The translations under genes and the position numbers were made by a program. Positions 21,736-31,701 of a stretch of 64,000 nucleotides of DNA are shown here, one piece after another. Position 1 is the first letter of the stretch; the number at the start of each line of letters is the position of its first letter. Source of the DNA: an uncultured Actinomycetota bacterium (GTDB lineage Bacteria > Actinomycetota > Actinomycetes > JAHEKZ01); NCBI GenBank assembly GCA_963712425.1, contig CAVQHW010000004.1, forward strand, positions 216,670 to 280,669. The letters are read 5' to 3'. Under the pieces are notes generated by a model that saw only the letters and a program-made list of their open reading frames with translations, was not told where the DNA came from and ran no database searches.

Positions 21736-22949
21736 TCACACAACGAGCCCGGTGCCCCAGGGCAGCGGCAGCACGTTGACGTCCGACCCGACCTGCAACG
21801 GTTCACGGCCCGGGGGAACGACGACGACCACATCGGCAACCGCGAGCCCCGACAGCATCGCCGGACCGCGTCGCACTGCTGGGTGCACTCGTCCCTCGGC
21901 AATCTGGGCAGGTATGAGTCGGTGGGCGCTCGGGGAGGTCTCAACCGGTTCAGCAAGCGCACGTCGGATCGTGCGAGCGGTCGCGTGATCGCGCTCGTCG
22001 CTGCGTCCAGCTAAGGCAGCCAGAAGTGGTTCACCGAGGGTCAACAAGCCAGAGACTGCCGCTAGCGGGTTGCCCGGAAGGGCCACCAAGAATCGATCGT
22101 CGTCAAGCGCGGCCAGCTTCATTGGGTGCCCCGGCCGCACTGCGACACCGTCGACCAACCACGTGCCACCGAGCGACTCGACAGCGGCACGGACGTGATC
22201 GGCCGGACCACTCGAAGTGCCACCGGTCGTGATGATGACGTCGGACGCACGCTGTTGCGATCGCATCGACGGTGAGATCGAGTCGATCCACGACCCGCGT
22301 GATGACGGAGAGGTCGCCGTGGATCGAGCGAATCCACCCTGGAAGCTGCGGAGCGAGTGCATCTCGCACCTGGCCGTCCTGTGGTACTCCGCCGTCGATC
22401 AGCTCATCGCCGAGGATGAGCACGCTCACTGTCGGACATGGCACGACGCCCAGCCGGTCGTGACCGGCCGCTGCCGCTAGGCCGAGTGCTGGGGGAGTGA
22501 GCACCTGCCCAGCGCGAAGGATCACCTCGCCGGCTCGCACTTCTTCGCCCGCCTTGCGGACATCGGTACCTGGGGCGAGGGCGTCAGCATCGGGGGCTAA
22601 GTGCAGCCGTCTCGCCGTCGTGCACTCCGCGTTCGCTTCGCAGCACCGCCGCACCGGGCGGAACCATCGCCCCGGTGCTGATGGTCAGCGCTTCACCGGC
22701 GGCGAGCTGCTTCTGCGCCTCACCGGCCCTGATCTCGCCGACGACGCGCCAGGGTCCGTGCCGCTCACCGCCCAGCCGTCCATCGCGGAGGTGTCGAACG
22801 ACGGAAGATCGACCATCGACGTGACATCTGCGGCGAGCACGAGGTCGCGCGCTTCTGTCAGCGTCAGTGAGGTGTCAATCGCAACCCGGTCACGTGCGCG
22901 CCGCTCCCCGGCGTCGGAGGCCCGCTGACGTGCCTCAGGCCATGCCACG
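21736..22949 (-). pseudogene. moeA: Molybdopterin molybdotransferase MoeA disrupted by three frameshifts
   Basis: The N-terminal motif DLPSFDTSAMDGWAV is in one frame (ORF 22685..23008). TGAMVPPGAAVLRSE follows in a second frame. GTDVRKAGEEVRAGEVIL...LILGDEL returns to the first frame (ORF 22103..22654). ASDVIITTGGTS to the C-terminus is in a third frame (ORF 21736..22362). Confidence 0.75.
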
Positions 22950-23081
22950 TCATGAGTCACGTCATCGACGCTATCGGAGCAGGAGTCGTAGCCCGAGTGA
23001 AATCCCATTGCTTCCGTTCCACGCAGTAACGAATCGGAGGCATTACCCGTCGTTGGTCACCGGGACGGTTACGCTGAGCCC

Positions 23082-23556
23082 ATGCCGGAATGGGGATGGT
23101 GGGTTCTCGGAGCGCTCTTGTTGCTGGGCGTTGAAGCGCTCACGCTCGACCTCATCTTCGCCAGCCTCGCACTGGGAGCAGTTGTCGGTGCGATCGTCGC
23201 CGCGCTCGGGTGCACCAGTGCTGGCTCAGGTGCTGGCGGCCGTCGGCACCGCGTTGCTGTCACTGTTCCTGCTGCGGCCCATCGGTGTGCGGTTGCTGCG
23301 CACTGATGGCGGTCACACCAACGTCGATGCTCTGATCGGTGCTCACGCACTGGTCATGGAGCGCGTTGACACCCGTACCGGACGCGTGAAGGTCAGCGGC
23401 GAGATCTGGTCGGCGAGAGCACGGCGTCCGGGTATCGAGTTTCAGGCGGGCACCGATGTTGTGGTGACGTCGATCGACGGCGCTACTGCCGTCGTTGATG
23501 AGCAGCAAGGGGCCGCCGGTCTTGGCGCTCCGACGTCCGGCACAACAGGGGAGTAA
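23082..23556 (+). pseudogene. NfeD-like membrane protein (partner of SPFH) with a 1-nt frameshift near 23211
   Basis: The N-terminal TM segment MPEWGWWVLGALLLLGVEALTLDLIFASLALGAVVGAIVAALG is in frame 0. The continuation APVLAQVLAAVGTALL... and the C-terminal OB-fold region (RVKVSGEIWSAR) are in frame +1. Confidence 0.7.
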
Positions 23557-23559
23557 CAC

Positions 23560-24444
23560 GTGGAGGACTACACGGGCTGGATCGTCATCGCGATCGTCGC
23601 CCTTTTCGGGCTCATCGTTCTGGCACGGGCCATCCGGATCATTCCGCAGGCAAGCGCTGGCATCGTTGAGCGGCTGGGGCGATACCACCGCACGCTGAAT
23701 GCTGGGCTGAACGTCGTGGTGCCGTTCATCGACCGGGTACGTCCGCTGATCGATCTGCGCGAACAGGTTGTCTCGTTCCCGCCGCAGCCGGTGATCACGG
23801 CTGACAACTTGGTCGTCAGCATCGACTCCGTCATCTACTTCCAGCCGACCGACCCCAAGGCGGCGACCTATGAGATCGCCAACTACATCCAGGCGATCGA
23901 GCAGCTCACCGTCACGACGCTGCGTAACGTCGCAGGTGGCATGGACCTCGAGCGCACGCTGACGTCGCGTGAAGAGATCAACATGCAGTTGCGCGGCGTC
24001 CTCGACGAGGCGACTGGCAAGTGGGGTATCCGCGTCAACCGCGTCGAGATCAAGGCCATCGACCCGCCCGCAACAGTGCAGCAGGCGATGGAGATGCAGA
24101 TGCGTGCCGAGCGCGAGAAGCGCGCGACGATCCTCAACGCCGAGGGCATTCGCCAGTCGGCGATCCTTACCGCAGAGGGCAGCAAGCAGGCTGCGATCCT
24201 GACGGCAGAGGGCGACGCGCGCGCCGCGATCGTTCGGGCCGAGGGTGAAGCGACGGCGATCCAGACCGTGTTCGACGCCATTCACCGCGCCGACCCCGAT
24301 CCGAAACTGTTGGCCTACCAGTACTTGCAGGCGCTGCCTCAAATCGCTGCTGGCCCGTCGAACAAGATGTGGATCGTTCCCGCTGAGTTGTCGGCGGCCG
24401 TCAGCCAGCTCGGTGAGGCGTTCCGTAGCAAGCCTGCTGAGTAG
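23560..24444 (+). CDS. SPFH/band 7 (stomatin/prohibitin-like) protein
   Basis: 294 aa. N-terminal TM helix, then an SPFH domain (GIVERLGRYHRTLNAGLNVVVPFID...) and a C-terminal Ala/Glu coiled coil. It sits 4 nt after the nfeD stop. Confidence 0.85.
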   Translation: MEDYTGWIVIAIVALFGLIVLARAIRIIPQASAGIVERLGRYHRTLNAGLNVVVPFIDRVRPLIDLREQVVSFPPQPVITADNLVVSIDSVIYFQPTDPKAATYEIANYIQAIEQLTVTTLRNVAGGMDLERTLTSREEINMQLRGVLDEATGKWGIRVNRVEIKAIDPPATVQQAMEMQMRAEREKRATILNAEGIRQSAILTAEGSKQAAILTAEGDARAAIVRAEGEATAIQTVFDAIHRADPDPKLLAYQYLQALPQIAAGPSNKMWIVPAELSAAVSQLGEAFRSKPAE

Positions 24445-24462
24445 TTCGTCCCCATGAGGGGC

Positions 24463-25623
24463 TCAGGCCGCCGGGTTCTCGACCACAGGAACGGGTTCGT
24501 TGAAGCGTCGTGCAATGCCTCCGGCGACGCCGATGACCATTTGCACGTACCAGTCGGCGTGGTTGTAGTGCCATAGGGCGTTGTACAGGGCGCGCGGCCC
24601 CACGCCGGCTCCGTTCGCGCAGAGGTAGTTGGCGGCGCTGTAGATGGCGTCTGCCGGGTTCCAGATGTCGGCAACCCCATCGCCGTTGCCGTCGATGGCG
24701 TAGGCGGCGAACGTGCTCGGCAGGAACTGCATCGGGCCCATGGCGCCAGCGGAGGACGGGCCGGTGTTGCTGCCGTGGCCGCTCTCGACCTGGCCGATGG
24801 CCGCCAGTACTGGCCAGGCCAGTCCGGGGCAGGTCGTCGCTGCCGCTTGGTACAGGGCGAGGTACGACTTCGGGATTCCGCTGACGGTCACGTCAGACGA
24901 TGCCGAGTTCGCTGCGGCAGCCGCTGCGGCGCGTTCGGCCTCGATCCGTGCTTGAACCCGTTCGGCTTGGGCCAACTCGCGCGCTTCGGCGTCCAGCGTC
25001 GCGAGAATCTGTTCTTGCTCGGCCAGCAAGGCATCCAGTCGGTCATAGGCGGACTGCACGTCGGCAATCACCGTCATCGACTCTTGACTCGCGACGTCTT
25101 CGTGTGCCGCAAGCTGTTCACTACGGGCGGCTGCCGTCGACTGAACATCAGAGGCGTTAGACAGCATCGACACGACTTCGGTCGACAGCTTCCAACGGGC
25201 GGCAAACTCGCTCGGGCTGCCTGACGTCAGCACCCCCTCGAGCATCGCTAGCGACCCACCTGACTGCTCAAGCAGCCTCACTGCCTCGGCCTGTTCACGC
25301 TCGGCGATGAGAGCGGCATGAGCCGCCGCCTGGGCGTTGGCATCAGCAGTGACTTCCGACGTGACCGCCCCAGCAACATCGTCTAGAGCTTGCTGATAGT
25401 CGCGACGCGCGACCTGAACCTGCTCTTGCAGCTCCGCCACCCGTTCTGCTGCGACATCTGCCCGAGCCCGCACTTCGTCGGCGGTTTCGGCCCCTGCCGC
25501 GCTGGGGATGACCGCGACGAGGCAGACAGATAGCAGCACCGACAGCGCTGACGCCACAGGCGCAAGGCGCACTCGTGTGCGAGCAGCAGCGGCTGCCCCG
25601 CACTGCCCTTGCGTCGGGGTCAT
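24463..25623 (-). CDS. Secreted lytic transglycosylase with an N-terminal coiled coil
   Basis: Signal/TM segment (LSVLLSVCLVAVIPSAAGA), about 200 aa of Ala/Glu/Gln-rich coiled coil, and a C-terminal SLT-like domain (GQVESGHGSN...GAMGPMQFLPSTFAAYA...AANYL). Confidence 0.75.
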   Translation of the reverse strand: MTPTQGQCGAAAAARTRVRLAPVASALSVLLSVCLVAVIPSAAGAETADEVRARADVAAERVAELQEQVQVARRDYQQALDDVAGAVTSEVTADANAQAAAHAALIAEREQAEAVRLLEQSGGSLAMLEGVLTSGSPSEFAARWKLSTEVVSMLSNASDVQSTAAARSEQLAAHEDVASQESMTVIADVQSAYDRLDALLAEQEQILATLDAEARELAQAERVQARIEAERAAAAAAANSASSDVTVSGIPKSYLALYQAAATTCPGLAWPVLAAIGQVESGHGSNTGPSSAGAMGPMQFLPSTFAAYAIDGNGDGVADIWNPADAIYSAANYLCANGAGVGPRALYNALWHYNHADWYVQMVIGVAGGIARRFNEPVPVVENPAA

Positions 25624-25682
25624 ACCGTCACCATCGGCCGGGGCCAGATGTGTCTTGATCGTCCAGGTGGCAGGGTGATGCC

Positions 25683-26438
25683 GTGATCGATGGGTGGGAG
25701 TGGCTGGCCGTCTTTGCGGCAGCCGTCGCGGCAGGCGGCATCAACGCCCTGGTCGGTTCAGGCACCTTGGTGACCTTCTCGACCCTCGTGACCCTCGGCG
25801 TCCCGCCCCTGACCGCCAATGTGTCGAACACGGTGGGCCTCGTGGCCGGCTCAGTTGCCAGCAGCTGGGGGTACCGCAAGGAGCTGGCTGAGCAGCCGGA
25901 GCGGATTCGCCGGTATGTGCCGGCCTCGCTGCTCGGTGGGCTGACGGGGGCGGTCTTGCTGCTTGTCTTGCCCGCCAGCGCCTTCGAAACCATCGTGCCT
26001 GTGCTGGTGGCGTTGGGCGTCGTGCTGGTGGCGATCCAGCCATGGATAGCCGCCAAGCTGTCGGTGCCTCACAACACCCATGTCGTTGGCGGCGTGGTGG
26101 CCTTCGTCTTGGTCTACCTCGTGGGGATCTATGGCGGGTACTTCGGAGCTGCCCAAGGTGTCCTGCTGATCGCCATTCTCGGCGCCCTTGTCGACGCGAA
26201 CTTGCAGCGGGTGAATGCACTCAAGAATCTCTTGGCGGCCGTCGTCAACGCTGTCGCTGCGGTGTTATTCATCTTCGTGGCCGACGTCGATTGGGGCATT
26301 GCGCTCGTCATGACAGTCGGAGCCGCGCTAGGAGGCTTTCTCGGGGCTCACTACGGACGCAGGCTGCCTGCGTTGGCCCTGCGTCTGGTGATCGTCTGCG
26401 TCGGCGTCGTGGCCGTCGTGGTGTTGGTGCGGGCATGA
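25683..26438 (+). CDS. TauE/SafE (DUF81) sulfite/anion exporter family membrane protein
   Basis: 251 aa and polytopic, with the duplicated GxGGG-type motifs of TauE/SafE (GINALVGSGTLVTF...). Confidence 0.75.
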   Translation: MIDGWEWLAVFAAAVAAGGINALVGSGTLVTFSTLVTLGVPPLTANVSNTVGLVAGSVASSWGYRKELAEQPERIRRYVPASLLGGLTGAVLLLVLPASAFETIVPVLVALGVVLVAIQPWIAAKLSVPHNTHVVGGVVAFVLVYLVGIYGGYFGAAQGVLLIAILGALVDANLQRVNALKNLLAAVVNAVAAVLFIFVADVDWGIALVMTVGAALGGFLGAHYGRRLPALALRLVIVCVGVVAVVVLVRA

Positions 26439-27238
26439 GCGTTGAACAGGTGGTCGACGCAGATGACCCGCGCGCTGCGGATTACCGCAACCTGACCGAC
26501 ATCGGTCTGCGCAAGCGGTGGGAACCCGAACACGGCCTCTTCATGGCTGAGAGCCACCAGGTGATCGAGCGAGCACTCGCTGCCGGGTATCCGGTCCGCT
26601 CGGTGCTGACGACCGAGAGGTGGCTGGAGGCGGTCGAGCGGCTGACGTTGCCTGCGGGGACGCCGGTGTTCGTGGGGGACGAGGCGACCATCAACGCGAT
26701 CACGGGATACCGCGTCCATCGTGGTGCGCTGGCCGCGATGTCACGGTTGCCGCTGCCAAGTGTCGACGAAGTGGTGGTTGGTGCGCGGCGTCTCGTCATC
26801 CTCGAGGGGATTGTCGACCATACGAACGTTGGCGCAATCTTCCGGAGTGCGGCGGGGTTGGGCTTCGATGCCGTACTGGTTGACCCCACGTGCGCCGACC
26901 CGCTCTACCGGCGATCCGTGCGGGTGTCGATGGGGGCGGTGTTCTCCGTTCCCTGGACCCGGGTGAATCCGTGGCCGGATGGCCTCGCGCGTCTCAAAGC
27001 GGCGGGCTGGACCATTGCGGCGCTGACACCTGGCCCGGATTCGATCAGCGTTGACGAGCTTCGCGCTGACAGTCACGCCAGACTGGCACTGATTCTGGGC
27101 ACAGAAGGGGCGGGCATTTCCGCAGAGGCGCAAGCACTCACCGACCAACGCGTCCGGATTCCGATGGCGGCAGGAGTGGACTCGTTGAACGTGGCCGCGG
27201 CGGCCGCCGTGGCCTTCTACGCGACGCACTGGCAGTAG
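26435..27238 (+). CDS. SpoU/TrmH family RNA 2'-O-methyltransferase
   Basis: SPOUT motifs (LILEGIVDHTNVGAIFRSAAGLG..., LALILGTEGAGIS, IPMAAGVDSLNVAAAAAV). The ATG overlaps the TauE stop (ATGA). Confidence 0.82.
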   Translation: MSVEQVVDADDPRAADYRNLTDIGLRKRWEPEHGLFMAESHQVIERALAAGYPVRSVLTTERWLEAVERLTLPAGTPVFVGDEATINAITGYRVHRGALAAMSRLPLPSVDEVVVGARRLVILEGIVDHTNVGAIFRSAAGLGFDAVLVDPTCADPLYRRSVRVSMGAVFSVPWTRVNPWPDGLARLKAAGWTIAALTPGPDSISVDELRADSHARLALILGTEGAGISAEAQALTDQRVRIPMAAGVDSLNVAAAAAVAFYATHWQ

Positions 27239-27262
27239 CGAGGCCTGTGATCGGCGATTCAC

Positions 27263-28862
27263 TCAGGAGTCATGGCCGTCGATAAGGGTGGTGACGACCT
27301 CGATCGACGCAATCTCTTCGTCTGGAGTCAGGCGGAGGTCGGACGCCAGCCAGGTGAGGTCTGCCGCCTTGCCCGGTTCGAGCGATCCGATCTGGGTCTC
27401 CATGCCGATGGCGTAGGCCGCATCGATGGTGTGCGCGAAGAGCGCCTCCTCAAGAGTGAGGCGATGGTGCGCTCCCAGCACAACGCCTCCGAGGGTCCGC
27501 CTCGAGAGTGCATTGCGCGATGGTTGTCAGTGGCTGGTAGCTCGCGACATCTGAGTCGCTGCTCAGCACTACGCGAACGCCACGCTCCAACATCGATCGA
27601 TTCGGCTGCAACTCATGCGCATGGTCACCCAGGGACTGTAGATACTCGTCGCCGAAGTCATGGAGGTACGACGGCTGCAGCACAGCGGTGACGTTCAGCG
27701 CCGCCATGCGTTCAATGCCACGTTCCAGGGGCAGACCGGCGTGCTCAATCCTTGGTCGCGCATCGGATCGGGGGAACGCTCTCGCGGCGGCTTCGTAACC
27801 GTCCAGGACAGCGGCGATGGCTGCGTCGCCCTGTGCATGCACTGCGACGCGCCAGCCAGCTGCCCACGCGCACTCGATCAGAGTGCTGAGCTCGGCCGGT
27901 TCGTGAAAGTACGAGGTGGTTTGGCCTTTGGCGTCGACCTCGGGGCTGAACGCCGCGGTGCCACCGGTGAGGCTGCCGTCGGCGTAGATCTTGAGGTGAC
28001 CAATCGACAACCAGTCGTCTCCGAATGGTCCAACGAGTCCGAGTGCGTTGAAGTCATCGAGCTGATGCGACAACGGCATGCACACCGTACGGACGCCGAG
28101 CACGCCTTGTTCTCGGGCTGCTCGATAGCCGCGCAGTTCCCGTGAGGTGACCTGCGCGTCCGCCACGCAGGTGAGGCCGGCAGCTCGGTAGGCCTTCGAG
28201 GCTCGCGCTACCGACGCGATGAGACTCTCTGTCGTGCTCTTGCTGTGGAAGTTGGGGCCATGACTCCCGATGTCCACCTCTGCGGGCACGACCGCTCCAC
28301 ACGCCGCGTCCAGGCACAAGCCAGTGAGCCGACCATCGTGGTCACGGACGAAGCGACCCCCGTCGGGGTCAGGCGTCGCATCGTCTACACCCGCCTGTCG
28401 AAAGACGAGAGAGTTGACGAGGACGTTGTGCCCGGACGTGTGAAAGAACTGAAGGGGATGGTCGCCCGCTGCAGCATCGAGCTCGGCCAGAGTAGGCAAC
28501 GCGTACTTGCCGTTATCAAAGCCAAAGCCTGCGATCGTCTGTCCAGGTGCAAGCTCGGCAGCCGCGTCCGCCACAACTCGTAACAGCGCATCGGGGGAGT
28601 CCACGCCGGGAAAGCGAAGGTCGAGTGATGCAAGCGACTCACCGGTCGACAGAAAGTGGTTGTGAGCATCGATGAGACCGGGCAGCAACATGCCGCCAGC
28701 GATGTCCTCTTCGAGAGCCGTCGGCCACGCGTCGCGCAGCTCTGCGAGCGGCCCAACGCCGACAACGGTGGCACCGCGAATCGCGACACTCTCGGCCCAG
28801 GGAGCCTGGCGCACCCCCGTGAAGACGGTTCCGCCGCCAAAGATCCGCACTCGGTCATCCAT
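27263..28862 (-). pseudogene. Amidohydrolase-3 family metal-dependent hydrolase with a frameshift near 27500-27515
   Basis: A 470-aa ORF holds the amidohydrolase core (HxH near the N-terminus: IDAHNHF). The conserved C-terminal 72 aa (LTLEEALFAHTIDAAYAIGMETQIGSLEPGKAADL) is in another frame. Confidence 0.72.
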
Positions 28863-28905
28863 GCCCAGATCATGCCTGACGCCATCCGGATGACAAGATG
28901 GCGGA

Positions 28906-29292
28906 ATGACTGGGGCGCTCGAACGCGACGAGAGCGGGATACCGCGTGCGCGACTCTTGCCAGATCGACACGGGCTTGTGGTGCGGCTACAGGCAGAGCC
29001 GGGTGGGCGTCCGGCACTGCTCGACGCGTTGCACCGCTACATCGACCGGCTCGCCGACGAGCCCGCCACCGAGTTCTTTTGCATCTCGCTCGATCCCGAC
29101 GAGCCCGAGGTCGTGTGGTTGCACGAGTGGTTTCAGGGCGAGGACGGCATCGCGGCGCACCGGGCGGCACCTGGTTTCACCGAACTGATGGCCGAACTGA
29201 ACGTGGTGTTGAGCAGCGCGCCTGGCGTCATGCGGTTTGTGCCGTTGCGCATGCACCTTGCCGAGGGCATCTGGCAGGACGAAGCGCTGTAG
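28906..29292 (+). CDS. Antibiotic-biosynthesis-monooxygenase (ABM) domain protein
   Basis: 128 aa with an ABM-like ferredoxin-fold pattern (ALLDALHRYIDRLADEPATEFF...PEVVWLHEWFQGEDGIAAHRAAPGF). Confidence 0.55.
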   Translation: MTGALERDESGIPRARLLPDRHGLVVRLQAEPGGRPALLDALHRYIDRLADEPATEFFCISLDPDEPEVVWLHEWFQGEDGIAAHRAAPGFTELMAELNVVLSSAPGVMRFVPLRMHLAEGIWQDEAL

Positions 29293-29312
29293 CTCAGTCG
29301 GCGGGCGTTGCG

Positions 29313-30114
29313 TCAGCGTCCGAAGGGTCGTACGACGGTGCCCTTGATCGGCGTCGACCTACCCCACATCGACGCGATCCGTACTTGCGGACGCACCGCC
29401 TCGAGTACCCGGCCGTTGCCCAGGTAGATGCCCATGTGACTGATCGAGCCCGATGGGCCAAAGAAGATCAGGTCGCCGCGCTTGCGTTCGGTGAGCGGGC
29501 GCTTGGGCAGCCCGGAGTCGAAGATGCGCGACGCCGTGGGGTAGTCCTGACGCTGGTGCTTGAAGGTCGTGACGCCAGGTAGCACGCGTCCGCCGGCATA
29601 CATCGCCTGGAGCGTGAGCCCCGAGCAGTCATAGCCGATCGGACCAGCAGCTCCCCAGATGTACGTGGTGCCGAGCTGTTGCCGTGGCCCAGCGAATCAT
29701 GGCGTCTTTGCGTTTGGCGGGGGAACGGGGCGCAGAGACCTTCGGCTGCACCGTGAACCGGTCCATGCAGAACGAGCGCTGCATTCCCAGCTCTTGCCAC
29801 GTGGCTCGATTGACGCGTCCGGTCACATTCAGATCCTTGCGACGCTGGAATCCACGCACCGCCTGGTAGGTGTCTTCCTGATAGCGGTCGAGCTCATGTG
29901 TCGTTCCGAGCCGTCGCTGTACGAGCGCTACCTTCGCGCCGGCCCATTCGCGTCCGAGCACGATGCACCCCTTGGCAACCGGCACCTGCGTCGACAGGTA
30001 GGGGTTGTTGTCGCCGGATCCAGCGGATGTCGGGGTAGCGCTCACGAGGGTCGCGGCGAGCGCCACGGTGAGCACGGCGGCGGCCGAGGCGGTTCTAGTG
30101 GACGAGCGAGTCAT
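29313..30114 (-). pseudogene. Secreted NlpC/P60 peptidoglycan endopeptidase with an N-terminal PG-binding domain and a frameshift near 29650-29665
   Basis: ATG 30114 is followed by a signal peptide and a PG_binding_1-like segment (VQRRLG...YQAVRGFQRRKDLNVTG) ending ...RWATATARHHV...*. The catalytic part (QQLGTTYIWGAAGPIGYDCSGL...ISHMGIYLGNG) is in the +1 frame. Confidence 0.75.
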
Positions 30115-30144
30115 GCACACATCATCGGCCACCGGGGTGGGGAA

Positions 30145-31701
30145 GTGGAGCAGCGTGGCACCCTGGCGGCTGTGACAAGCACAACGACGAGCAGCCGAGC
30201 GTGGCCATCCTGGTTCGACCGTGATCGTGCCGCCAAGATCGTTGACCCCCACTTTGACCGGGTGTTTGAGCGGCAGGCAGCCCCCGGGATCGCCTACGGC
30301 GTGGTGCTCAACGGGCGCCTGGTCCACAGTCGAGGGCTGGGCGCGAGCATGGTTGGTGAGGGCGAGGATGCGGCCGTCCCAAACCCCCACACCGCTTTCC
30401 GCATCGCCTCGATGACGAAGAGCTTTTCGGCGGCAACGGTCTTGTCGTTGCGTGACGAGGGTGCGCTCCATCTCGAGACGCCAGCCGCCGACCTGGTTCC
30501 AGAGGTCGGGTCGAGCGGTCACCCCTGGGCCCGGCAAGTCACGGTGCGGCACCTGCTGACGATGGGCGCCGGGTACCTCACCGACGACCCGTGGGGCGAC
30601 CGGCAACAGGATCTGCCGATCGACACCTTCCGGAATTTGCTTGCCGGTGGCGTCCGACCCGCGCTGCCTCCAGGTGATCGGTTCGAGTACTCGAACCTGG
30701 GGTACGCGCTGCTCGGGCTGGTGATCTCGGCGGTGTCGGGGCAGAGCTACGTGGACGCTGTGACGAAGCGCGTTCTCGAGCCGGTCGGGCTGCACGAGAC
30801 GGGGTTCACTACCGAGGTTGCTGCTGCGTCCCTCGCCAAGGGCTACGTGCGGCGCCTCGACGGCTGGGTCGAGGAACCCATCGCAGCGCCTGGTGCCTTC
30901 TCGCCGATGGGCGGTCTGATCAGCACGGTGTCCGACCTTGCGCGATGGGTCGGGTTCCTTGAGTCTCAGGGCACTCGCTCAGAGGGGGTAGTGCCCTTGA
31001 GCGAGCTCAGCGTGCGCGAGATGCAACGCACGCAGCGTCTCGTGACAGCGAGCGTCGCGCGCGACGCCGCCGAGGCCCCTGACGTCATCGGATACGGCTG
31101 CGGGTTGTTCGAAGAGTTCCGGCCATGGGGTCGCAGTGTCAGCCACTCAGGCGGATACCCCGGGTTCGGATCGCACATGCGGTGGCATCCGGCGTCCGGC
31201 CTCGGCCTCGTCGCGCTGGCCAACGGCACCTACGCACCGATGTCGACGGTCTCGCTAGCGGCGATGGCTGACCTGGTGCGAGAGCTGGGTGCTCCCATCA
31301 CCCCAGACGGCATCGCACTGCCGGGGCTGGACGCCGCGGTCAAGGCGGTTCAGGCGTGGTTGGCAGCGGCGGACCCCGATGGTGCTGAGGCAGTGCGGTT
31401 GCGCAGTCTGTGGGCAGACAACGTCGAGCGAGACCTGCCGTGGGCCGAGCGACTGGCGGCGTTGGCCGCCCTTCGCGCCGAGTGCGGGCCCCTGTCACCG
31501 GTGGCGGGGTCTGAGAAGCGTCACTCACCTGGCTCGCTCACATGGGACATGACCGGTCAGGACGCGGCTGGGGCCGCAGAAGCCCGGGTTCGGGTCACCG
31601 TGATGGTGGCCCCTCACGACCCGGATCTCGTGCAATCGGTCACCCTGCGCAGGCTCAAGACCGACGAGCCTCCAGCCGCTCTGACAGCGGACGTCCACTG
31701 A
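30145..31701 (+). CDS. Beta-lactamase-family serine hydrolase (class C-like esterase or penicillin-binding-protein homolog)
   Basis: SxxK motif (SMTKSF), YSN-like motif (YSNLGY) and a C-terminal extra domain. A likely GTG start at 30145 is preceded by GGGGTGGGGAA. The ORF-track N-terminal 160 aa is antisense to nlpC and was rejected. Confidence 0.78.
   Translation: MEQRGTLAAVTSTTTSSRAWPSWFDRDRAAKIVDPHFDRVFERQAAPGIAYGVVLNGRLVHSRGLGASMVGEGEDAAVPNPHTAFRIASMTKSFSAATVLSLRDEGALHLETPAADLVPEVGSSGHPWARQVTVRHLLTMGAGYLTDDPWGDRQQDLPIDTFRNLLAGGVRPALPPGDRFEYSNLGYALLGLVISAVSGQSYVDAVTKRVLEPVGLHETGFTTEVAAASLAKGYVRRLDGWVEEPIAAPGAFSPMGGLISTVSDLARWVGFLESQGTRSEGVVPLSELSVREMQRTQRLVTASVARDAAEAPDVIGYGCGLFEEFRPWGRSVSHSGGYPGFGSHMRWHPASGLGLVALANGTYAPMSTVSLAAMADLVRELGAPITPDGIALPGLDAAVKAVQAWLAAADPDGAEAVRLRSLWADNVERDLPWAERLAALAALRAECGPLSPVAGSEKRHSPGSLTWDMTGQDAAGAAEARVRVTVMVAPHDPDLVQSVTLRRLKTDEPPAALTADVH

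Noticed and set aside
26042-26434. A 130-codon upstream extension of the SpoU methyltransferase ORF
   Set aside because: It lies inside the TauE gene in another frame and is Arg-rich, which is typical of spurious high-GC ORFs. A conserved MSVEQVV start at 26435 overlaps the TauE stop.
28656-29582. A 308-aa + strand ORF rich in Arg/Ala/Gly
   Set aside because: It is antisense to the amidohydrolase and nlpC genes and overlaps the ABM gene in another frame. The composition is typical of non-coding frames in 70% GC DNA.
29659-30144. The N-terminal 160 codons of the 680-aa + strand ORF (29659..31701)
   Set aside because: This part is antisense to the nlpC/P60 gene, Arg/Gly-rich and motif-free. 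The serine-hydrolase homology starts only after about 30170. A GTG at 30145 with a purine-rich RBS gives a 518-aa protein of normal family length.
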